IMG/VR virus record: IMGVR_UViG_3300037761_000058
Location: 1-53,441 of that record
Source of the DNA: a virus
Lineage: Duplodnaviria; Caudoviricetes
Length of the DNA stretch: 53,441 nt
Reading direction: 5' to 3' (one strand)
Made by a program: the position numbers and the translations under genes. This document shows, piece after piece, positions 16,846 to 26,561 of this stretch. A model generated the notes under the pieces. It did not search any database. It saw only the letters and a list, made by a program, of their open reading frames with translations, and was not told where the DNA came from. The stretch's first letter is position 1. The number at the start of each line of letters is the position of its first letter.

Positions 16846-17099
16846 AGCACATCTCCCACTTCCTCGCCAAGCTAGGGCTGACGAAGACTATCGGGACGGT
16901 GAAGGAAGTCCCGCTAGCCGGTCTGGATCCACAGGCCATCTACCAGTTCGGCTACGAGAACGGCTATGCCTGGGGCGAGGTTGTGGGGAGGAAGCAAGCC
17001 CTGGACGACCTGATGACGCACCTGAAACTGACCGGACGTACCAGCGAGGAGATTCAGTCTGCTGATGTACGTGATGTCCGGGTCAAGGGGACGCATTGA
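16842..17099 (+). CDS. hypothetical protein
   Basis: Overlaps both neighbours. Confidence 0.6.
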   Translation: MKHISHFLAKLGLTKTIGTVKEVPLAGLDPQAIYQFGYENGYAWGEVVGRKQALDDLMTHLKLTGRTSEEIQSADVRDVRVKGTH

Positions 17100-17899
17100 T
17101 GGACATTCCGTCGTTTTCCGCTGAATCGACTTCGGCCGCGCAGCCTTCCCCGACTGCAAATCCCCCTCCTCCTGAGGCGCAGTCACCGGCTGCGCGGCCG
17201 AACCGGGTTCTGGGAAAGCCCTTGACTGCGAAGCAGCAGACCATATACGACCTCTCCCGCCCGGTTTCCGAGGGTGGGCAGGGGAAGAAGCGCCACGAAG
17301 TCGCCGCGATCATGGGAATTTCCGTGCCGGTGGTTTCCAAGACCTTGGGGGCGGTCTACCGCAAACTCGGATTTCAAAAGCGCCCTGGATATCAGCCGCG
17401 GCCAGGAATTGAGATGCGTGAGCCGGAAGTTGCAGCAGCAGCCATCGAAGCCGCTGCCGATCCTTGGGCAAGGTCCATGAATCAGGCGATCGAGAAGGCG
17501 AACGAGCAGTTGAAACTAGCCGGGTTGCCAGAGAAGGTCAACGTAGCCCTGGTCAAGCGCCTGCGGGTGAAGTACGCAAACGCGGTCTATGCGGCCAAGG
17601 ATCTCCGGACGAAGGAAATCCTCGAAATGCTGGGCAGGAAGATCGACCTCGCTGCCTTCTACCTGGACGACAAGGTGATGGCCGAAGCCCCCGCCCGCGA
17701 CATCATGCTCGGCATGACGGCGCTCATTGAGAAGCGCAACCTCCTCAGAGGCGAGCCAACGCAGATCATCTCCGATCATGAGCGGGCGAAGATCCACGAG
17801 CTCGTGCCGAAGCTGCTCGAGGAAGCAAGGCGCCGCGGGCTGACAGTAGAAGGTCAAATAACCGGAAAAACCATTGAACCTCTCGGAAATACAGCCTAG
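17096..17899 (+). CDS. HTH protein at the small-terminase position
   Basis: LTAKQQ...EVAAIMGISVPVV...KLG LuxR/sigma4-like HTH; overlaps TerL start. Confidence 0.55.
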   Translation: MMDIPSFSAESTSAAQPSPTANPPPPEAQSPAARPNRVLGKPLTAKQQTIYDLSRPVSEGGQGKKRHEVAAIMGISVPVVSKTLGAVYRKLGFQKRPGYQPRPGIEMREPEVAAAAIEAAADPWARSMNQAIEKANEQLKLAGLPEKVNVALVKRLRVKYANAVYAAKDLRTKEILEMLGRKIDLAAFYLDDKVMAEAPARDIMLGMTALIEKRNLLRGEPTQIISDHERAKIHELVPKLLEEARRRGLTVEGQITGKTIEPLGNTA

Positions 17900-19529
17900 T
17901 AACGTCGTCAATCTGAACGACGACCAGCTGCGCGAGTTGCTGGCGTCCACGCTTCAGATCGTCGAGGAGGACCGTAAGCAGAGCCAGATCAGGTTCTATA
18001 AGCCGGTTTCCCCGAAGGCGCAGCACTTCCACGAGTCCAAGGGCCGGGTTGTAGCGGCCGGCGGCGGAAACGGCTCGGCCAAGACCGAGACGATGCTGGT
18101 CGAAGTCGTGATGTGCGCTACCGGCATCTTCCCGGATTCCCAGAAGCATCTCATCGACCAGAAGTTCCGCGGGCCGGTTCAGTGTCGGGTGACGGTCGAA
18201 TCCCTCACCACGACCCTCGAGCCGATCATCCTGCCGAAACTGCAGTGGTTCAAGTGGAGTGGGACCGACAGACCCGGAGGCGCAAGAGGCCACTGGGGCT
18301 GGGTTCCGAAATCCTGCCTCATAGATGGGGAATGGGACCGCAGCTATTCGAACAAGCTGCGCATACTCAGAGTGCTGTGCCGCGATCCGCACAACCCGGA
18401 GAAGATTCTGGGGGAGTCAACCATCCAGTTCATGTCGCTGGATCAGGATTCCACGGACTTCGCTTCAGGCGACTTTCACATCTGCGCGCACGATGAGCCG
18501 CCGAGCCTAGCGATCTGGCGGGAGAACGAAGCCCGGACGATGCGCGTTGACGGCCGGATGCTGCTTGCGATGACGTGGCCGGACGATCCGAGCATCGCTG
18601 TGGACTGGCTCTACGATGAAATCTACGAACCCGGTAGAGCAGGGACGGACCCGAGCATCACCTGGATCGAGCTCTGGACCACGGAAAACCCGCACCTGAA
18701 GCAAGAGGCTGTCTCAGCACAGGCCGAGAAGTGGTCAACCGAGATCACGAACGTACGCATCTACGGCAGGCCGATCAGGTTCTCGAACCGCATTCACCCG
18801 GACTTCACGCACGACACTAAGACGTGGTGTTTTGCCTGCGGGAAATCCGTGGTCAAGGTTCCTGCACCGAAGCCCATCTGCGGCATCTGCGGAAACGAGA
18901 ACATTGTGGACTATAACCACGTCGAGGAATTCGATCATTCCCAGACGTGGCCGACCGTGTACCTGCTGGATCCTCATCCCCGGAAACCTCACTACATGAT
19001 CTGGGTGCAGGTAGACCCGAACGATGACTGGTGGCTGGTCGCCGACAAGCAGGTAGAGGGCGACTGCGTGGAAACCCGGGATGCCGTGTTCCGGCTCGAA
19101 AAGGAAATGGGTCTGTTTGTCCCGCAGAGATACCTCGATCCAAATATGGGAGCGAGTCCGGCAAGTACGAAGCGGGAAGTCACATGGCAGGACGAGTTCA
19201 ACAGCGCCGGCCTGAAGTGCGACCTTGCGAGCGACGTTGACGTAGGGCGCTCAAGGATCAACCAGTACATGAAGCCGGACAAGGACACGCTGCGCCCGCG
19301 GATCAAGATTCACTCGCGCTGCAAGGACACGATCTACCAACTGGAACGCTACTCCTGGGCCGATTTCTCGAAGAACGTCGATCGCGGCATGAAGCAGGTT
19401 CCGAAGGACAAATACGATGACGGGCCTACGCTCTTGAAATATCTCGCCAACTCGGACCCGGTATTCCGATTCTTGAAGCAGGGCGCTCCGGTACTGAAAC
19501 GTGCCGGACGCAGAACGGGGAGCTACTGA
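17874..19529 (+). CDS. terL: terminase large subunit
   Basis: Q..FH, GGNGSAKT (Walker A), HDEPP (Walker B), NPHL, nuclease-domain LLDPH and terminal DD. Confidence 0.9.
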   Translation: MNLSEIQPSNVVNLNDDQLRELLASTLQIVEEDRKQSQIRFYKPVSPKAQHFHESKGRVVAAGGGNGSAKTETMLVEVVMCATGIFPDSQKHLIDQKFRGPVQCRVTVESLTTTLEPIILPKLQWFKWSGTDRPGGARGHWGWVPKSCLIDGEWDRSYSNKLRILRVLCRDPHNPEKILGESTIQFMSLDQDSTDFASGDFHICAHDEPPSLAIWRENEARTMRVDGRMLLAMTWPDDPSIAVDWLYDEIYEPGRAGTDPSITWIELWTTENPHLKQEAVSAQAEKWSTEITNVRIYGRPIRFSNRIHPDFTHDTKTWCFACGKSVVKVPAPKPICGICGNENIVDYNHVEEFDHSQTWPTVYLLDPHPRKPHYMIWVQVDPNDDWWLVADKQVEGDCVETRDAVFRLEKEMGLFVPQRYLDPNMGASPASTKREVTWQDEFNSAGLKCDLASDVDVGRSRINQYMKPDKDTLRPRIKIHSRCKDTIYQLERYSWADFSKNVDRGMKQVPKDKYDDGPTLLKYLANSDPVFRFLKQGAPVLKRAGRRTGSY

Positions 19530-19759
19530 TGGCCGCTAGTTTCACCTGCGACGGGTGCAGCCTGATCGTGGACAAGCCCGTGAAGATCGGCTTTGTCATA
19601 CCGCGCGAGTATTGCGGAAAGTGCGCGGAGAAGGCGAAAGCCTTTCTCGATGCCGAGGAAACTGAACGGCTGAGTCTTTCCGTCGTGTTCGCCGGCAAGC
19701 GCGAGAAGCTGATCGCTCAGTACGGCGCCGACCATTTCCTGTTACCTGACGTGCCATGA
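19529..19759 (+). CDS. small zinc-finger protein
   Basis: CDGC...CGKC; TGATG coupling. Confidence 0.6.
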   Translation: MAASFTCDGCSLIVDKPVKIGFVIPREYCGKCAEKAKAFLDAEETERLSLSVVFAGKREKLIAQYGADHFLLPDVP

Positions 19760-20028
19760 CCATTCCTCTTGATAACGCGGCCAAGGACTTTCAGGAGATG
19801 TTGAGGCGCAAGGCGTCAGCGAAGATGGTTCTCGTGCGTGCTGCCAAGGAACGCAAGCGCAAGGAGAGGGAGAAAGCTCCACCGCCTACCGTGCAGGCTT
19901 CCGTCCTAGCGAAGCTGAATGAAATTCTCGTTCTTCTAAAGCAGGGCAATTCTACGGGCCCGGTCAATTTCATCGTGACTGAGCGTGACGGGGACGGGAA
20001 GATCAAGTCGTTCAAGGTGGAAGCGTAG
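19756..20028 (+). CDS. hypothetical protein
   Basis: ATGA coupling. Confidence 0.6.
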   Translation: MTIPLDNAAKDFQEMLRRKASAKMVLVRAAKERKRKEREKAPPPTVQASVLAKLNEILVLLKQGNSTGPVNFIVTERDGDGKIKSFKVEA

Positions 20029-20376
20029 ATGGCAATCACTTGGCGCATTTACTACGGCGACGGCTCGACCTTCGATAGCGAGCAGGGCGGTCCCGAGGCT
20101 GCGCCGCCGATTGGTGTGATCTGTATCAAGGAACGAAACCGCATGCACGGCTGGGTTGTGCGCTCCGGGAAGGACTACTACATCTGGGACGACGAGGCGG
20201 TAGAGTGGTGGCCCTCGGATGCCCCCGGCTTTTGGCAACGAATGTTCCGCCCCGGCTGGAAAGCCGTGTTATTCGGGGTGAACATTACGGACGAGCGGTT
20301 CCACCAGATCATGGCGCGGGCCAACACGGACGAGGGGTTCGGCGAGAAGTCCGCCCGTAGCCCCCTAGAGGAATAA
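20029..20376 (+). CDS. Trp-rich hypothetical protein
   Basis: Abuts neighbours. Confidence 0.6.
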   Translation: MAITWRIYYGDGSTFDSEQGGPEAAPPIGVICIKERNRMHGWVVRSGKDYYIWDDEAVEWWPSDAPGFWQRMFRPGWKAVLFGVNITDERFHQIMARANTDEGFGEKSARSPLEE

Positions 20377-20377
20377 C

Positions 20378-21499
20378 GTGGACGTATTCACGCCCGTCCT
20401 TGCTCACTACCGGGTCTACGCAGACGGTACGGAGTCAGGGTCGTCGCCATCAGCGAACGAGGATGCCGCTCCCACGGTTGCGGCGCAGTTTGGCGCTGAC
20501 TCGGCCATCATCCATCTGCGAGTGCTGATTTCAAACGCGCTCGCAGCAGGCGACGGGACTGCCTCGGTCTGCCAGCTTCAGGCCGCGAACGGAGGGGCGT
20601 TTCAGGACGTAACCGCCACATCGTCCATCGTCAAGGCGGCAGATTCTGGAAGCTTGACGAACGACGGTGCGACGACGAACCGTGCGACGAATGGTCTGAC
20701 TGACCCAGCACTCGCGTTCCAGGCTGGGGTTGTAAGTGAGGACGGCGCGCTGTCGCATCAACTCGGCGCGTCCAGCTTCACAGAATATCTGTACTCGATC
20801 CAGATCGTCGGCAATGACGTAGCGAACAACGATTCCCTGACGTTCCGGGTGCTGAACGATGGCGGTACGTTCACGCACAACGTTACGCCGACGATCACCG
20901 TCAGCCAGACGAACCCGACGATCAGCGCGGCGTCGATGGCCGATGGGGACCGGGATTGGGATACGCCGTCGCAGGACATCGCCATTACCTTCAGCGAGTC
21001 CGTGGACATTACCCCAGCGCCGAGCGTAGGGGATACGGTTGCGGGGCTCACCGCGCAGGTGAACGGCGGGGCGAATGCCGCGCTCACCTATGTCTCTGGC
21101 AACGCCACGGCGAGCTGGAAGGTGCGCCGCGCCGAACTGATCCAGCAGGACGATACGCTGGTACTGGACTACGCGATGGCGAGCGGCATCATCCTGGCCG
21201 TCGATGACGAAGCCGAGTTGAGGGAGACCACCGACCAGACGGTGACGAACAACCTGACCAAGCGCGCCCGCGTCGAAGTGTTCGACAAGGACAACGCCTT
21301 AGTTACTTCTACGACCGTGGGATACACATTCGGGGATGTGAGTGGGGCGTGGAGTTCTGCGGCGACCGATGCAAGCGGGGTTTTGGATGTGCAGTACAGC
21401 GGTGCCGAGGCCGTGGGCAGCACCGCCGATTACATTGCTGTCCGTAGCCCGGAGTCTGCTCCGGCCCAGTCTCAAGTCTGGATATTCACGGTGAGATAA
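20378..21499 (+). CDS. beta-rich Ig/SwmB-like putative virion decoration protein
   Basis: ITFSESVD...AQVNG...DTLVLDY pattern; Thr/Ala/Ser rich. Confidence 0.55.
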   Translation: MDVFTPVLAHYRVYADGTESGSSPSANEDAAPTVAAQFGADSAIIHLRVLISNALAAGDGTASVCQLQAANGGAFQDVTATSSIVKAADSGSLTNDGATTNRATNGLTDPALAFQAGVVSEDGALSHQLGASSFTEYLYSIQIVGNDVANNDSLTFRVLNDGGTFTHNVTPTITVSQTNPTISAASMADGDRDWDTPSQDIAITFSESVDITPAPSVGDTVAGLTAQVNGGANAALTYVSGNATASWKVRRAELIQQDDTLVLDYAMASGIILAVDDEAELRETTDQTVTNNLTKRARVEVFDKDNALVTSTTVGYTFGDVSGAWSSAATDASGVLDVQYSGAEAVGSTADYIAVRSPESAPAQSQVWIFTVR

Positions 21500-21679
21500 A
21501 TGGCGGCGAACGCAGACACCAGATACCTGAACGACCCGACGCGAAACGCCGGATCAGCACCCAATACTGACGCTAGGACTTTGCACGATCCTACTGCCGC
21601 GCAGGGGGGTGGAGAACCGCCAGGAGGGCTGGCAATTCCGGTGGCAATGCACCATTACAAGATGCTGGAGACCGCATGA
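21500..21679 (+). CDS. 59-aa protein ending IPVAMHHYKMLETA
   Basis: Hand-translated; fills the gap, ATGA overlap downstream. Confidence 0.55.
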   Translation: MAANADTRYLNDPTRNAGSAPNTDARTLHDPTAAQGGGEPPGGLAIPVAMHHYKMLETA

Positions 21680-22548
21680 GCCAAGTGCTTCGACAGAGTA
21701 CCCAGTTTGTCGTGAGAATCGGGCCCGCTGTTGCAGTAGGCGACGGCTTCACGCCAGTAACTACGCTGGCTCTTGGCACCGCAGACGAGGCGGAACTACT
21801 GAAAGCCGCCGGTGCTGCAACGGTCAGCATTGCGGCTGCAACCTTCGCCGCGATCACTGGCGCGGATGGCTGGTATGACTTGACGCTCACAACGGCGCAC
21901 ACGGACACCATCGGGACGCTTGACGTTGTGGTGAACGATGACAGTCTGATCCTGCCGATTCACGCGCGCTTCCAGGTTATCGAAGAGGCCGCTTATGACG
22001 CGATCTATGCGGCTAGTGCTGCTCCTGCTACGGCGTCTGGCGTCTCTGCGGTTGAAACGAAGGTGGATACCGTAGACACCAATGTTGACGCTATCTTGGT
22101 GGATACAAGCACCACGTTGCAGGCGGAGCTGGACGCTATTCAGGCGGCGGTGATAACGAACGCTGCCGGCGTAGACATCGCCGCAGACATCATCGCGCTC
22201 AAGGCAGAGACGGCTGCAATTTTGGCCGACACCGGGACGGACGGGGTAGTAGTGGCTGCGGCTAGCAAGACCGGCTATGCGCTCTCCGCTGCGCAGACGT
22301 TCGATTTGACCGGAAGCATCACGGGGAATCTCTCTGGCAGTGTAGGCAGCGTTACGGGCGCAGTTGGAAGCGTAACCGGGGCTGTGGGCAGCGTGACCGG
22401 GCTTACGGCCTCCGATGTCGGCGCGATTAAGGTGCAGACCGACAAGCTCACGTTCTCTATCGCTAATCAGGTAGACGCGACTACAAAAGCAATCGTTGCC
22501 ACGCCGCTTACCGGCGATGGCAGTACAACGCCTTGGGGGCCAGCTTGA
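21676..22548 (+). CDS. putative virion fibre or decoration protein with heptad repeats
   Basis: (VGSVTGA)n repeat near 22336-22401; GGAG RBS. Confidence 0.6.
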   Translation: MSQVLRQSTQFVVRIGPAVAVGDGFTPVTTLALGTADEAELLKAAGAATVSIAAATFAAITGADGWYDLTLTTAHTDTIGTLDVVVNDDSLILPIHARFQVIEEAAYDAIYAASAAPATASGVSAVETKVDTVDTNVDAILVDTSTTLQAELDAIQAAVITNAAGVDIAADIIALKAETAAILADTGTDGVVVAAASKTGYALSAAQTFDLTGSITGNLSGSVGSVTGAVGSVTGAVGSVTGLTASDVGAIKVQTDKLTFSIANQVDATTKAIVATPLTGDGSTTPWGPA

Positions 22549-22874
22549 GTACAGTCCTTAACGGTTTCGATGATGGCCTGTGGAGCGATGGCGTCTGGGA
22601 ACCGCTAGGCGCGGAGAGCGGTGGGATGAACCTCAACCACTGGGCCGACGCCGCATGGGCCTACGATTCGTGGGTTGCTGAATCTTGGGGCGGTCTTGGC
22701 CTTTCGGAAGAAGGTATTGGCTTGGCGCCAGTAGCGAAGCCAGTTGATTTCGTACTCGATGTGGTTCCGAGACAGCGCAACGTAATCGACTTTTCCAAAT
22801 GGCGCGTAGTCAAGCAGGAGAAGACTGAGCTTCAGGAGATGATCGAGTTGTACTCACGCTGGAAGGCCGCATGA
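22545..22874 (+). CDS. hypothetical protein with W-x4-W periodicity
   Basis: WADAAWAYDSWVAESW; TTG start overlapping upstream stop. Confidence 0.5.
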   Translation: MSTVLNGFDDGLWSDGVWEPLGAESGGMNLNHWADAAWAYDSWVAESWGGLGLSEEGIGLAPVAKPVDFVLDVVPRQRNVIDFSKWRVVKQEKTELQEMIELYSRWKAA

Positions 22875-23047
22875 GTTCGCGCGAAGCAATCGTATGGTGT
22901 CCAGCGTGCCGCACCGACAAGTACGAGATTCGCCGCATTCCTACCGGGCAGGAGGGCGTATTCCGGCACGTCACCTATCCTGAATCACTGCCGGCGGAAG
23001 CAAAGAAGTTCTGCATCTGCGGTGCGGTGCTGGAAAGGAAACCGTGA
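22871..23047 (+). CDS. 58-aa Cys-rich protein
   Basis: Hand-translated (CPAC...CIC); overlaps both neighbours. Confidence 0.55.
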   Translation: MSSREAIVWCPACRTDKYEIRRIPTGQEGVFRHVTYPESLPAEAKKFCICGAVLERKP

Positions 23048-23418
23048 AGCCCTACAAAATCGGCGGGCTATGCTCACTCTGCGAAGCGCCGTGCTTCGAG
23101 ATCATGGCCGTCTGGGACAAGGGCGAGAAGAACGAGGGCGAGCCGAAGCGCATGGGCCAGCCGATGAACGATTCTGTGCGGATCACGTTCCTGCTATTCG
23201 ATGGCCGCAGGACGGACATGACGGTGTGCGGTGCCTGTGCGGAGTCCTTGACCGCAGAGCAATACGCGCTGCTGTGGCGGAAGAATCTCGCCGGATACAT
23301 GCGCGAGCAGGACGGGAACCCGGAGAAGTTCAAGCACCAGTTCACGAACGGCATTCTGTGTGAGTTGAGTCGTACAACCTGGCAAGACCTTGTGGAGCAG
23401 AGTCGTCATGGCCGCTAA
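23044..23418 (+). CDS. CxxC hypothetical protein
   Basis: CSLC...CGAC. Confidence 0.6.
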   Translation: MKPYKIGGLCSLCEAPCFEIMAVWDKGEKNEGEPKRMGQPMNDSVRITFLLFDGRRTDMTVCGACAESLTAEQYALLWRKNLAGYMREQDGNPEKFKHQFTNGILCELSRTTWQDLVEQSRHGR

Positions 23419-25783
23419 CCCGGAACTAATTGAAGGCTTGAAGGTGCGGCGTGAGCGTCCGCGAGTGGAGTCCTTTGCCCGGCTGGACAAGCCGAAGATC
23501 ATCGAGCGCATCAAGCAGTTCTACAAGGACGACAACCAAAACCGCAGTAGCGAGATCGACGCCCGCCTGCAGCGATACGCCAAGTACAGAATGTGGACGG
23601 AGCCGAAGGACTGGCCGTGGGAGGATGCGACCAACTTCGCCAACCCGGACATGATGACCGCTTCAATGCGGCTGCAGGACACGCTGCACAACGCCGTGAT
23701 GTCTTCCCGGCCCGTGGTAATGGCGAAGGCGACTAAGAAACACGATGCCGAAAAGGCCGAGCAAGTAGACCACCTGATCGACTATCAGGTGTTCGTCGAG
23801 CAACCCGGGGAGGAAACAGTCGGAATTCTCGCCCATGACTTCGTGAACGAGGGCTTCTTTACGGCCTACGTTCCGTGGGTCAAGGAAACCCGGCAGGTTG
23901 TGGACGTGATGGTGCTGGGGCCCCTAAGCCCGGAGATGGTGCCGATCGAAATGTTCATGCAGTTCCTCGAAGGCAAGTTCCCGAGGACTGAGTTGATCCC
24001 GAGCAAGGAGGGATGGGATTGGAAGATCAAGGAGGACAAGAAAACGCACCGGGCTTCGTTCTTTACCCGGCCTGACGGCGATGTGGAAGTCGAGATCGAG
24101 CGCGAGGCTATCCGCTTCGAGGGCCCGCGGGTAATCCCGAAGGACGTTCAGGACGTGCTGCACCCTGCGCGGTGCGAGAACCTGCAAATCCCGGGCCCCT
24201 CGAACCCGATGGGGGCCTCGCACGTCATTCTCCGGGACTTCCCGAGCATCGACGAGATCAAGAGGCTGGCGAAGGGCAACCATCCGTTCTACGACCTCGC
24301 CTCTACCGAGGACCTGGACAAGCTCGGCCTGAAGCGCATGAACGAGGACTACCAGGAGCGCGAGTTGCAAAAGGACGTGATGCAGGGTGTCGAGGACCGG
24401 CAGGACAAACCGAAGACCGCTGAATCGCACAAGCAGCTAACCCGGCTCATGGTGTTCGACTGCTACGACATCGACGGGGATGGGGTCGATGAGGACGTGA
24501 TCTGGTGGTACATCGTAGAAACCGAGACGCTGCTGCGGGCCCGGTATCTGACGCAGATGTTCCCATCGAACCCGCCAATCCGGCCGCTTGCCGAGTCTCA
24601 CCTGTTCCCGGTTCCTGGGCGCAGGTACTCCATTGGGCTCCTCGAGATGATGGAAGGCGTCCACGACCTGCAGAAGCAGTTTTTCGACCAAGGCGGGGAT
24701 GCTGGGACGCTGGCGAATGCCCCCTTCGGGTTCTACCGGGCGACTTCGAACATGCGGCCGGAAACCATCAGGATGTGGCCCGGGGAGATGTATCCCCTGA
24801 ACGACCCGAAGAACGATGTCAACTTCCCGCAGCTTGGAAACCAGAACCAAGCGTTCATGTTCAACATGGTCGGGCTGCTTCAGCAGATGGAGGAGCGGCT
24901 GACGACTATCGGGGAGCTCCAGCTGGGCCGGGTTCCGCACGGCAAGGCTTCAGCCCTTAGAACGGTGTCCGGGATGCAGACCGTGCTTTCCCAAGGCGAT
25001 GCGAGGCCGGAGCGGGTGCTGCGGCGCTTCTTCATCGGACTAACCCAGATTTGGAAGATTTGCCACACGCTCAACCAGGCGTTCCTGCCGAAGAACAAGC
25101 AGTACATGATCGGCGGGTACGTGGAACCCGGGAAGGACCCCTACGGTGTCATCGAGGGCCCGCAGAAGATCCAGGGCTCGTTCATGTTCGACTTCTCGGC
25201 CAATGCCCTGAATACGAGCAAGGAAGCGCTCCAGATGGCCCTGCAGGACTTGATGGGGGTCTACGTATCCGAGTTGGCGATCACGCTGGGGATCATCAAG
25301 CCGGACGGGGTTTACAGGCTGTTCCGGGACTACGGGAAGGCGAAGGGGCCGGACCCGGACAAGTACCTGTCTCCCCCGAGCCCGATGGCGTGGCAACCCC
25401 CTATCTTCGTCGAGGAAGCCTTGGCGATGATGTTCGACGGCCAGATCCCCCAAGGCTCGCCCGCGGAAGGGGCTCAGGGGCATCTGCAGAAGCTCCTCGA
25501 ATTCACGCAGTCCGACGAGTTCGGGATGATGCCGACAGAGTACGTGGGGAGCGTGTTCAAGCCCTACGTGGAGCGGGTAGCGCAGATGGCCCAGCAGGAG
25601 GCCATGCAGGCTCAGTTGATGCAAGCGGCACAGCAATTCGGCCAGAGGGTCCAGCAACCAGGGAAGTCTGGGCCGGCCGCAGGACCGCAGGCAGCGGGAG
25701 GCATGCCGATGCTGCAGGGTGCTGAACTTGCAGACGAGACGCTGCCGATGGCGGGCGGTGGAGCGAACACGGCGCCCGCATGA
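23408..25783 (+). CDS. portal protein (podovirus/P22-like)
   Basis: About 790 aa downstream of TerL; helical pattern and Gln-rich C-terminal barrel. Confidence 0.82.
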   Translation: MAANPELIEGLKVRRERPRVESFARLDKPKIIERIKQFYKDDNQNRSSEIDARLQRYAKYRMWTEPKDWPWEDATNFANPDMMTASMRLQDTLHNAVMSSRPVVMAKATKKHDAEKAEQVDHLIDYQVFVEQPGEETVGILAHDFVNEGFFTAYVPWVKETRQVVDVMVLGPLSPEMVPIEMFMQFLEGKFPRTELIPSKEGWDWKIKEDKKTHRASFFTRPDGDVEVEIEREAIRFEGPRVIPKDVQDVLHPARCENLQIPGPSNPMGASHVILRDFPSIDEIKRLAKGNHPFYDLASTEDLDKLGLKRMNEDYQERELQKDVMQGVEDRQDKPKTAESHKQLTRLMVFDCYDIDGDGVDEDVIWWYIVETETLLRARYLTQMFPSNPPIRPLAESHLFPVPGRRYSIGLLEMMEGVHDLQKQFFDQGGDAGTLANAPFGFYRATSNMRPETIRMWPGEMYPLNDPKNDVNFPQLGNQNQAFMFNMVGLLQQMEERLTTIGELQLGRVPHGKASALRTVSGMQTVLSQGDARPERVLRRFFIGLTQIWKICHTLNQAFLPKNKQYMIGGYVEPGKDPYGVIEGPQKIQGSFMFDFSANALNTSKEALQMALQDLMGVYVSELAITLGIIKPDGVYRLFRDYGKAKGPDPDKYLSPPSPMAWQPPIFVEEALAMMFDGQIPQGSPAEGAQGHLQKLLEFTQSDEFGMMPTEYVGSVFKPYVERVAQMAQQEAMQAQLMQAAQQFGQRVQQPGKSGPAAGPQAAGGMPMLQGAELADETLPMAGGGANTAPA

Positions 25784-26181
25784 TTACTGATCGCAAGGAG
25801 TTCTCCGAGACGCTGCAGAAGCGCCATACCGAGCAGCAAGCCCGGCTATTGCCTATGGCCCGGTTGCTGGCTGGCGCTGCCCCGGTCATGGATAAGTTGT
25901 CGAGGACCGAGGAGTGGACCAGGTACTGCACCTACCTGCAGGGCATTTCTGAGCAGTTTGCCGGCCGCAAGCAAGTGGCGCTGCAGAAGCTCGGCGATCC
26001 GTCCATCACGAAGGACGAGGACATCAGGAAGCTGCGGCAGGACGTGTTCATTGCCGACATTTCAATGGACACCTTGAAGCTGGCAATCGAGCTCCCCGCG
26101 GCGATTCTTGCAGGAGGGCAAGAGGCCGACGAGTTCATCCGAGGAATGGAGAAGAAGAATGAGGCTACCGGAAACTCTTAG
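25780..26181 (+). CDS. post-portal helical protein
   Basis: ATGA overlap; typical position. Confidence 0.65.
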   Translation: MITDRKEFSETLQKRHTEQQARLLPMARLLAGAAPVMDKLSRTEEWTRYCTYLQGISEQFAGRKQVALQKLGDPSITKDEDIRKLRQDVFIADISMDTLKLAIELPAAILAGGQEADEFIRGMEKKNEATGNS

Positions 26182-26452
26182 CCGCAAGGCCATCATCGTT
26201 ACATTCGACAGGCTAGAACCTGTGGTCTGGGAGAAACTGTTCGAGCGTGAGGATTCAAACGGTATCGTCCGGCATCGCGTCCCGGGCGAGGATTATCAGC
26301 GCAAGGTGTATTACCGCACCGAGGGCATCATGGCTTGGCTGGTGCGGGAGGGTTGCTACACCCTTGAAGACTACGCGACGACTCCGAGACTCGGCGGGGA
26401 AGCACCGGAACGCACATTACCGGCACCACGGCGCATCGCAATGAGCGCCTAG
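26159..26452 (+). CDS. small putative winged-helix DNA-binding protein
   Basis: RKVYY...IMAWL wing-like motif. Confidence 0.4.
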   Translation: MRLPETLSRKAIIVTFDRLEPVVWEKLFEREDSNGIVRHRVPGEDYQRKVYYRTEGIMAWLVREGCYTLEDYATTPRLGGEAPERTLPAPRRIAMSA

Positions 26453-26561
26453 CAATACCCCAATAGACCCCCAATAGCCGCAATAGAAATACAGGCGCTA
26501 GGTTCAGCGCACGGTCGGTATTTGCCCGTCGACGGGGCTGACAACGCGGAACTTAGGCGCG

